This document shows positions 38,686 to 47,362 of a stretch of 64,000 nucleotides of DNA, in pieces. Numbering within the stretch: the first letter of the stretch is position 1; each line of letters starts with the position of its first letter. Under the pieces are notes generated by a model. The model ran no database searches. It was not told the DNA's origin and was given only the letters and a program-made list of their open reading frames with translations. A program made the translations under genes and the position numbers. This DNA is from Iphione sp. A-MEVVRFRX5. Taxonomy: Eukaryota. The stretch spans positions 40,920,001 to 40,984,000 of the forward strand of contig OZ320314.1 in assembly GCA_976226885.1 (NCBI GenBank), in the 5' to 3' direction.

Positions 38686-40591
38686 TTTTTTTTTTTTTTT
38701 TTTTTTATTTCTTTGAAAAACAGCAATCCGACTTCAGCCAAGCAGGCTGGTATTCGGCCGGTGCTGTTGATATACATTATTGGAAGGTTTGTAAGCAGCA
38801 GTGAGAGCTTAATTGATGAGACTATGGCTATACCTACTCTATGATATATCTAGTGTATGACTATTCTTATACCAGGCCAGTAACATAGTTGTTATACATC
38901 TAGATGGATATACTAATTCAGATACAAATGGAATATGACAGGTATTATTATGTTAGGAATTGAGGGTTTTGCTTCCATTGTTGTGTAATGTCATTTTTGA
39001 AACTTTGTAATGGGTACAAGGTGTCATAGTGTATTGCATGTATATTTGATTTGTTCCATTGTGTGATGATTCTATTGTGTGTTGTTTTGCTTATGTGTGA
39101 GGAATGCTGGTCAGGATGAGTCTTGAATTTGTCTGCGAAATTGTCTCTTAGGTTGTATGCTATATCATGGAGTTCAAAATATTTCTGGATGTATTGTGGA
39201 TGTATTTGAAGAAATGCTTTGTACCCTTGTAGTAATAGATGAAAATTAATACGTTCAGGTACTAGCATCAGATTTGCTCTATTATGCACTTCTATGGTGG
39301 ATGTTCTACAGTCAAGATGTAGAGCTTGTTTGATGCCTCTGTTTTGCAGTCGTTGTATTTGTGTTATGTATTTGTTTGGTATACAGGACCAGATTATATC
39401 AAGATAGTCAATATGTGGCAGTGCTAATAATTTGTACAGCATGAGACTAGTGTTATTGTCGATGTATTTGTTGACCTGCTTCAGTGCGCAGAGAGTACTA
39501 TTGAGTTTCTTTGTTATATGTGCAATGTGAGTTTTCATAGTCAAGTTATTGTCCATCATTAAGCCAAGGTACTTGTAAGTAGTGGTTTGTGTTAGTGTTG
39601 AGCCATGTAGTTTTATTGATACAGATTGTCTAGTATCTTTCATATTCCTGTTTGTACCAAAAACCATGTATTGTGTTTTCTTGATGTTTAGTGCTAGTTT
39701 ATGGGCAGATAACCAATGATGTGTTTTGATGAGTGTATCTTGCGCAATTTGTACTGCTGTGGTGAGTGTTTTGTGTGAGCATAGGATAATGGTATCATCA
39801 GCGTACATTGCGTACTCATTTGGTCTGATTTGTGTGTAAATATTATTCATGTATAGGGTGAAGAGGACCGGCCCGAGTACGGAGCCTTGTGGTACTCCTG
39901 TCTTAATAGTCCTGTATGAAGATTTTACACCATTAACTACTGTACATTGGTGTCTGTCAGTCAGGTAATTTCTGAATAAGTTGAGGGCGGTGCCGGTCAT
40001 GCCTATTTGCTGTAATTTATGTATTAACATTGTATGTGATACCGTGTCAAATGCTTTAGAGATGTCTAAAAATAGTGCTATTGTGTATTGTTTCTGGTGG
40101 TTGTAGTGTCTTATTGTGTCTATGACATGTTGTGTCATTGTAAGAGTTGAGAACCCAGTTCTGTAACCACCTTGTTTTTCATCAAGATGTTTGTGCGTAT
40201 TTACAAATTGCATCAGTCTCGTGTGTAGTACCTTCTCCAGTAACTTATGAGTGAAAGGTAGAACAGATATAGGTCTGTAATTTCCTGGAGTTGTTTTGTC
40301 ACCCCCTTTGTGTAGGGGTGTTATTGTTGCAGTTTTCCATGATTGGGGTATGTGTTGTGTCTCTATGATTCGATTGATAATTCGAGTCAGGGGTGGTGCT
40401 ATTACAGGGGTTAATGCGAGGATATGTTTCATTGGGATGTTTTTGTATCCAGAGGGTTTGGTGGCTGAGAAAGACTTCAATATTGTTGTTACTTCAGTTA
40501 TAGTTGTTGGTGTGATAGTATTTAATACCGAGGTTGAGTTTGTTGGTTCAATTTTTTTAAAAATCAAGAGGGTATCTTCTATCACATAAGC
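38686..40591 (-). mobile_element. 5'-truncated LINE of the L2/CR1 group (Crack/Daphne-like)
   Basis: RT ORF followed by a ~240-nt 3'UTR ending in AATAAA that runs into an A21 tail (T-run at 38686-38706). No APE domain upstream. ACTGG at 38680-38684 and 40592-40596 is a possible short TSD. The clade assignment is from motif style only. Confidence 0.85.
38948..40585 (-). CDS. Non-LTR retrotransposon reverse transcriptase (ORF2 C-terminal part, no endonuclease domain)
   Basis: Uninterrupted 545-aa frame with RT motifs YRPISVLP, LFLDISKAFDTVSH, GVPQGSVLGPVLFTLYMN, YADDT, LNIKKTQYMVF and YKYLG. Confidence 0.95.
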   Translation of the reverse strand: MIEDTLLIFKKIEPTNSTSVLNTITPTTITEVTTILKSFSATKPSGYKNIPMKHILALTPVIAPPLTRIINRIIETQHIPQSWKTATITPLHKGGDKTTPGNYRPISVLPFTHKLLEKVLHTRLMQFVNTHKHLDEKQGGYRTGFSTLTMTQHVIDTIRHYNHQKQYTIALFLDISKAFDTVSHTMLIHKLQQIGMTGTALNLFRNYLTDRHQCTVVNGVKSSYRTIKTGVPQGSVLGPVLFTLYMNNIYTQIRPNEYAMYADDTIILCSHKTLTTAVQIAQDTLIKTHHWLSAHKLALNIKKTQYMVFGTNRNMKDTRQSVSIKLHGSTLTQTTTYKYLGLMMDNNLTMKTHIAHITKKLNSTLCALKQVNKYIDNNTSLMLYKLLALPHIDYLDIIWSCIPNKYITQIQRLQNRGIKQALHLDCRTSTIEVHNRANLMLVPERINFHLLLQGYKAFLQIHPQYIQKYFELHDIAYNLRDNFADKFKTHPDQHSSHISKTTHNRIITQWNKSNIHAIHYDTLYPLQSFKNDITQQWKQNPQFLT

Positions 40592-40995
40592 ACTGGTGGT
40601 TTTGTTGTGGATCTCTGTCCATTGACATCACCGCGCCGTTTCCACTTGCCTTAGAGTGCTCCAGACAGGTTCTGTGCCAGCTGCTCTTGTAGAGCATTGA
40701 TCCATTCAGGAACTGGTCGTTAGATCCATCCCGACTTGCAACAAATTGCCATTTATAATTTACCTCATCCGCATCTAGTTTATAACTGACAGTTATAAAA
40801 ATGACCTGTCAATCAATGGGTTGATGGTAAGAAAATCAGTTTTGTTGTCGACAGCATACCATTGAAAGCGAATCAGTAGGTTAATAAGCTGTGCCAAGTA
40901 ACCGGTCACTTCTGAGATCATATTTCTTCAATGCTCAGGGCATTTGTCGCTAAAGAAGATATTCTCGAGCCACTGTGCGTCCTCGGTAAGGACAA

Positions 40996-41260
40996 GGTAA
41001 TAGCAGTGTTTAGTGCTGAGGGTACCTCATGCATAGCGACAGAGGTCGTGGGTTAGAGAACCCAACCACTGCCAGCATGCTCTGCTGTCTTGGCCAAAGG
41101 CACACTTAACCCTGTTCTCCCTAACCCTTGTTCGGCCTTCCCCTGCCAGACGGATGATTAGCTACCAGCATGGGTAAGTGAAACCAGCATCGAACTCAAT
41201 TGGAATCCCATCTAGGGAATACAGAAATCCTTTCTGGTCGCTTAACGATAGCTCTAGGCG
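40996..41260 (+). mobile_element. Decayed tRNA-derived SINE
   Basis: A-box-like TAGCAGTGTTTAG and B-box-like GAGGTCGTGGGTT. These are followed by TGTCTTGGCCAAAGGCACACTTAAC (typical post-tRNA segment) and GGAATCCCATCTAGGGAATACAGAAATCCTTTCTGGTCGCTT, which resembles the conserved central domain of invertebrate Deu/Nin/Meta-type SINEs as recalled. Confidence 0.55.
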
Positions 41261-41470
41261 TTCTAGTACAGGTATGCCTCGGTTAACAAGTGCCCTGAGA
41301 AAGAAACCTTCCGTATAACGAAGTTGACTATTTCTGTGGGGTTTGTGGCATTAATACACTCTTATTAAACTAACTTGTCTAAAAGTCCCGAACGAGGAAG
41401 ATGGCAACCACAGACATATATTGCCATATAATTTGATTATGAAAAATAAGTAAAAACTTATAAAAATCCA

Positions 41471-41856
41471 TCCTGAACTGGCATGTCTCCCGTAATGCAG
41501 TTTCCGACTGCTAAGGGATAGGAAAGAACACATCTACACACTCACTTCGTGAACAGAGGTACCGGTATACATGTGCCTGTATCACTGGCACTAGAGTCTG
41601 TCAGCGAATGTAGGACTATACTTCGTGAGGCAAGAGAACATTTAAACGGTCACGCTGCCTTTGTAATCAGATCGATTACACGTCTTCCTTGGTCCATTAA
41701 CCACTGTGGATCTTTTGTCGAGATAACACAGCAAGATATACATGTATACACGAGGTCCTACTGCCCTTGCTGCTGGCTTCCTGGTGTATTGTTCCTGAAA
41801 CGGAGAGCGGGTCCATCGATTCGAAACTGCATTACGAGAGACATGCCAGTTCAGGA
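41471..41856. repeat. 34-bp inverted repeat pair (one mismatch) about 320 bp apart
   Basis: TCCTGAACTGGCATGTCTCCCGTAATGCAGTTTC (41471-41504) and its reverse complement at 41823-41856. Confidence 0.85.
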
Positions 41857-42228
41857 AGAAAGAGTAGAAACGCGCGGAAATGTTTACAACCAGACAGTTC
41901 CAGACTTGCCTATTGTTTCTAAAACCGGCCCGTTTTTCTTGGTGGTCAGAGAGAAATGTGGGGTCCCAGAACGTGCCCCGAGGCGTGCGTGGTTGATGCG
42001 GTTGTGTCTTCAAACCAGTACGTCCCCAATGGATTTGACGTGATATAAATATGTATATGTAACATTAGGAAGGTATCTGTAATGTACATGTACTCAAGCC
42101 GACTAACACAACAACAGAATAAAGGTGGTATGCTCGATGATACTGTGCTCACCAGTGGTACTGTGGTTTAAGCTACTCTGTGGTCTATACATGTAGCTGT
42201 CTTTGGTTTGTTTGTTTTCTTCTTAAAG

Positions 42229-42398
42229 CGAAATGTACTTAAGAAGTACCCGAACTCTCGCCAGCCGCACCTGCTCTGGATCCGCGAACATTTGGCACGG
42301 ACGCCCATTGTGACACGTGTGACCAAGCTTGTGGCCGTCCCTGGGTCTCTTGCAGAGCGCCTCCTTTCTCTCTCCTTCTCTTCTGGCTTGTTGCCATG
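42229..42398 (+). other. Candidate 5'UTR exon
   Basis: Acceptor ttgttttcttcttaaAG and donor ATG|GTGAGG flank a GC-rich 170-nt block. No recognisable protein. Confidence 0.25.
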
Positions 42399-45038
42399 GT
42401 GAGGTGCGGGAAGACTGGAATGGGGGATGGGGGGGGGAGCGGAGGGGGGCCGGGGCACAGGGAGGGAGGCTCGCGATTGATACAGAGTGCTTGCCATGAG
42501 TCCATACTTACAAGTATGGCGTACACTAGTTTGCGGGGGACATCGTCAAATTTCTCATATTACATGTGTAGCGATAGGACTAGGGTGTCTGGAACGAACA
42601 GGGGAAGATAGGATGCCAATAACAGACAGTTTTTCGTTTTAATCTCCAGGCAGTTTTGAATGCTGGTGGACTGTATATAAACAAAAACAAATGACGCCAC
42701 TATGGAGTATTGCAAAGTTTGTCACCTCAGCACCTACACTATGGAGACCGTTAAAGTAAGGGGGAAAGAAGCCTCTGAAGCTCTCTCCCAAGTAGCATGA
42801 CTCAGCGAGATTACTTCTCGTCTGGTCACGTGGTCCCTCGAGGCCGGCCGTTGATGATATTGGACAGAGAGGCAATGGAAAGAAAGCAACATATATCTAG
42901 TCTTTCGGAGTAAGCACAACAGACATGGCGGCTGTCCGGCTCGTCTGTGGATAAACATTCTACACCAAAATGCTTCAGCATAGAGTGTGCCTAGGGAACT
43001 TTTATGTGGGGTGGGGTGGTGGTGGTTGGGGATGGGGGGTGGATGGGCTGTGCAACTTTGGACAGANNNNNNNNNNNNNNNNNNNNNNNNNNNNNNNNNN
43101 NNNNNNNNNNNNNNNNNNNNNNNNNNNNNNNNNNNNNNNNNNNNNNNNNNNNNNNNNNNNNNNNNNNNNNNNNNNNNNNNNNNNNNNNNNNNNNNNNNNN
43201 NNNNNNNNNNNNNNNNNNNNNNNNNNNNNNNNNNNNNNNNNNNNNNNNNNNNNNNNNNNNNNNNNNNNNNNNGGAGTGTCTTTGTTATGGAGGTAGCGCT
43301 TGCTTGTAGGTCCCCCCCCCCCGATAAGATTCTGATCAGGATTGCTGTCACATCCCGGGCTTGGGGGGGAGGGGGACTTTCCAATTATGCCGGTCTCAGC
43401 TGAATATAATGCACATTGGTCTTATGATGGTCCAAATGTGCATGTGTTTCTTTGTGCGCACAGTTACATTATGCTGTTTCTTTATTGTTTTTTTTTTGTT
43501 TTCGGATAATAAGGGGATTTGGAAACGATGTCGACAAATTGTGTTAGGCTTATCAACCCGAGCTGCATCCGTATCAATTAATGAGAGATTAGATGTTCCG
43601 GTAGGGATTAACAAGTACTAGACAGACCAGGATTTTACTAAATCTTGTTATCTAGCCATCTTTTGCAGTATGGGCAGATCTCCGTGTAGATAACTACATG
43701 TACATATACCTCGTAACATTGGTTCGGGGGAGTCACAGGTACCATCACGGAACCAATAATCCACCACTGATTTGTTGTTCCGTTTTTCCATCCGGCTTAA
43801 GTCCAGAGACCCTGTAGATAACGAGGAACGCGAGACAGGTGTGCATGTCATGAATCAACATGCAAGCAATTAACATTGTGGATAACTTCATCACTGAAGG
43901 TCTTTATATAATCAACTCTTTGTAACCGCGATGTAAATGTACTTTCTTACCACAAAAATACTTGTTTACATTCATGTGTATGCATGTAAATGTACAGATG
44001 TGTGTATGAAAATGTAGATATACATACATATACATCTAGATACATTTAAAGTGCCATTACATGTAGTTTTTTTGTATTTTCATTTCACTGTGAAGACGTT
44101 GAAAAAGTTGACAAGTTGTATTTTGGGATAGAACTACACTGTAATTAGTTCGAGAGTTTACTGAACGGCTGCGGATCTTTTCTGTTGTATTAGTGTTGCT
44201 GTGTATGTGTTTGTGTGTGTGTACATGCACACATCTACATGTATGTGTGTGCGCGCTTTCGTGTGCGTGTGTGTGTGCTTGCGTGCTTTGGGAAGTGTAG
44301 GGTGGGTGGTCGTTTAGATGATTTATATGGAGCCGGCGGCAGATACTAGTGATAGTAAAGAGACTGTTACGCCTGGCTTTGATCTACGCACTGAAGGTAT
44401 GATGGATGAATGCTACCCCGTCTGTTACCGGACATGCACGGCTCGCGCAACATAGCAGATCGGATCCTTTGTTATCCAGTTGAAGCCACACATAATTCTT
44501 TTCGCAGTAAACATACAGTGGGGCACCACCGTTTTGGACTGGTCAGGAATGCAGGCAGTTATAGATAGGGGAAAAAAACCTGGCTTTTCTGCTGTTTCTA
44601 AGGGCTCAGAAATTGAGACAGAAAAAAAAGCCCATTCCTTATACTGTACCGCTTTCTGACGTTCAGTTCCTTTGTCTGAGTAGGTGTAATTTTCGTAGTG
44701 TGTGAAGTGTCTACTTGAGCGGAGACCTCGCACTCATTTACATGGTTTGCTTATGCTGATAGGTCTTGAGACGGATGACAGTATGCAAGACGACCCACCC
44801 GAAAGGTCAGCTCTTAAATATGCTGAGGTCAAGTATGTGAACCCAAGATGATGTTTACAACGATTGAAACTTGAGTGTCTCTGAGAACGCATCCTGCTGA
44901 ACTTATCTCCCTAGTACATCGTATACTCTTCATCTCTCAGTGAGCCACAGGCTATTGAACTTCCATTTTATTTAATGGAGAGTATGTCTCGGAGTACCTC
45001 GGAGTCATATAATTGTCTTCTCCCCTTAATTTCTCATA

Positions 45039-45334
45039 GGCTGTTCACATGTGTCTGTGCGAAAAATCCGTCTAAGGGTCCGGAGACGTAGCTACCTCCT
45101 GTTGATCCTTAAATTTATTACTGCTCACATGTCTCTGTACTATTGCGTTCTATGGAAAATGGACCCATATCCATAGAACATCTTTAGCTGATGAATTTTG
45201 AAGCCGCCCATGTGTCCGTATCCATTTTAAACGAGACACATGTGAACAGATTAGTACAATTGCTATGGGCAGATAAAATCCATCTACAGGTCCGGACACA
45301 TATCGACATTAAATGGATACATGTGAACAGCCCC
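45039..45334. mobile_element. PIF/Harbinger-type MITE, copy C
   Basis: GGCTGTTCACATGT ... ACATGTGAACAGCCCC|TTA. Aligns along its length with copy A (CGTCTAxGGxTCCGGxGxCGTAG; CTATGGAAAATGGA). The left end is slightly eroded. Confidence 0.8.
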
Positions 45335-45494
45335 TTACTCTTCTATTTCTAACTCGCATGAACTCCTTTTCACACTTTCAGAACTTCTTTTCTGAGGATG
45401 CTTCTTCAAAGAGTATGTGACAGGTGTCTTGAACCGCAAGCCATTCCGACTTAATTCTTATGCAGATTCTCGAATAGGATATCATTGACCCATC

Positions 45495-45691
45495 CCCCGT
45501 CCGCCCCCCCCCCGTCCGCCCCCCACCTCCCTTTTTGTCACCCGCGCCCTGTTGTCGCTCGCCCCCTTCACTCCACTCCCCACTTCTCCCCCACACACCG
45601 TTCAACTCCCCCAGCAGGTGTTTCCTGAATTGAACTGGCAGCAGACCATAGCTGCCGTCAGCTGCTCGGGAGCTGCTGTCGCGACACCTGT
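45495..45691 (+). promoter_or_regulatory. Candidate proximal promoter or non-coding exon of the LAP gene
   Basis: Two GC boxes (GTCCGCCCCC at ~45499 and ~45514), a pyrimidine tract ending in CAG, and a donor CCT|GTGAGT at 45690, 1.5 kb upstream of the coding exon. Confidence 0.35.
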
Positions 45692-46750
45692 GAGTTGCTC
45701 CCACGGTCGATTAGAATTCAGCTTGCCAGTGTCGACTGGTGCCATCTATTCGGCACTGCAGACTGCTCCCCCCACCCCCACCCCCACCCCCCATTACAGG
45801 CGAACTGCATTAGGAGAGGGCCCATCCGGAGCAACAGACCCTCTGTCATAGCCTCCGCTGGTGGCAGTGGTATATACTGCTTGTCAGCAAGGAGCGAAAC
45901 TACCGTTTGTAAAGGTTCTCTGAAAGGGGTAAAGGAGGGGGGGGGATGATACGGAGAGAACAGGCAACGCACAGGCCCACAATCAAAACAGACATGTAGT
46001 CAGATGCCACAATAGAAATACATGTAGTACATTGAGAATCTTAAACCTTGAGAACCATTCATTTCAGCACAAGAAAGTGCCATTAATTACTTAGATATGG
46101 ATACATTTTGCACAAGAATGGTCACATAGTCAAATAGACTGGCATGACTCCTGAGTGCTGTTATTCATATGTATGAATTCTTAGGACTGTCTGACCGTAA
46201 ATTACACGTGCCAAGAACACTTAAGGAAGCAGCATGTATTTGCTCGTCAACAGATAGCATCTGGCTGGTCATACGCACCTTTGTCCGTTAAATGAAATTG
46301 AGCTTCATCTCTCAAGTATGAATCGGAATAAGTGGCCACTTCATGTCAAATAGACGGCTTGCGAGTAAAAAATTAAAAGAAAGTCATCGTGGGCTNNNNN
46401 NNNNNNNNNNNNNNNNNNNNNNNNNNNNNNNNNNNNNNNNNNNNNNNNNNNNNNNNNNNNNNNNNNNNNNNNNNNNNNNNNNNNNNNNNNNNNNNNNNNN
46501 NNNNNNNNNNNNNNNNNNNNNNNNNNNNNNNNNNNNNNNNNNNNNNNNNNNNNNNNNNNNNNNNNNNNNNNNNNNNNNNNNNNNNNNNNNNNNNNNNNNN
46601 NNNNNNNNNNNNNNNNNNNNNNNNNNNNNNNNNNNNNNNNNNNNNNNNGTTTTCAGTATTTGCTGGTTCACATGTCTAAACCATTCACTACTCGTTTCCA
46701 CTGTAGCAACCAATCTGATAAGATTCGTTTAAAGTCTCATTCTAAGATAT

Positions 46751-47016
46751 GCGGCGTTTCACATGTATGCTTATAGAAATTACGGATAAGTGTGCGGACG
46801 CGGAGAAACCCCCCTGCAGTTGCTTCCTATGGAATCTGCCTATGGGTGCGGACAAAATCTATACCCTGACGGTTTGACATCCGCACCGACATGCAGGTGT
46901 AGACAAGTCTGGATGCATCTGAAGAGCTGCACCATCTAAAATAGGCTGAAAAAATAACTGCACCTGTGCATGTGCGGATGTGGAACTGACAAATAAGGAC
47001 ACATGTGAAACGGTCC
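46751..47016. mobile_element. PIF/Harbinger-type MITE, related subfamily, copy D
   Basis: CGTTTCACATGT ... ACATGTGAAACGGTCC|TTA. Shares TTGCTTCCTATGGAA with copy A and GACGGTTTGA with copy B. Confidence 0.65.
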
Positions 47017-47203
47017 TTAATCCTTTCTTCAAGCTGTAGGCTTTTGCTATACCCTTTGGTCAGTTCTTTCCTGTAAATTACAAGTCAGTGGTTCCGGACT
47101 TGGTAATCTTTAAATATTCACCCTTGAGAAGGACTGTTGGTCCAGTTTATAGCCACTCTTCACCAGAGATTTTCTCTCCTTTCGATCAGCAGGCAGCCTC
47201 AGG

Positions 47204-47362
47204 ATGCCGAAGTGTCCGTGCCTGCGGCCGGAGGACCCGGAGGTGCGTGTGCTGGACTATCGACACAGCAGCCTGGAGCACATGCCCGCCGACGTCTTCA
47301 TGTGGGAGCGGACCCTGGAGGAGCTCTACGTGGACGCCAACCAGATCAGGGACCTTCCAAGG
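47204..47362 (+). CDS. ERBIN/LRRC7: First coding exon (53 aa) of a LAP-family LRR(+PDZ) protein, ERBIN/LRRC7(Densin-180)/Lap1 type; gene continues beyond the window
   Basis: Translates to MPKCPCLRPEDPEVRVLDYRHSSLEHMPADVFMWERTLEELYVDANQIRDLPR, which aligns with the Erbin/Densin N-terminus (C-x-C-L-R...LDY-x-H-x-SLE-x-x-P-x-x-x-F-x-x-E-[RK]-TLEELYLDANQI-x-x-LP). Pyrimidine-rich acceptor ttttctctcctttcgatcAG ends at 47189. Phase-0 donor AGG|GTAAGC at 47363. Codon usage is strongly C/G-ending. The ORF-track extension after 47362 is intron read-through. Confidence 0.93.

Noticed and set aside
41549-42043. 164-aa and 123-aa overlapping ORFs
   Set aside because: No recognisable motifs, a GTG/TTG start, and overlap with the inverted-repeat element.
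43648-43851. LRR/LRRCT-like words (SLDLS, TCDSPEPMLRG); similar hints at 37111-37314, 19270-19400, 18722-18860 and 22140-22250
   Set aside because: These are isolated short matches with wrong spacing and no NPWxCDC, as expected by chance in six frames.
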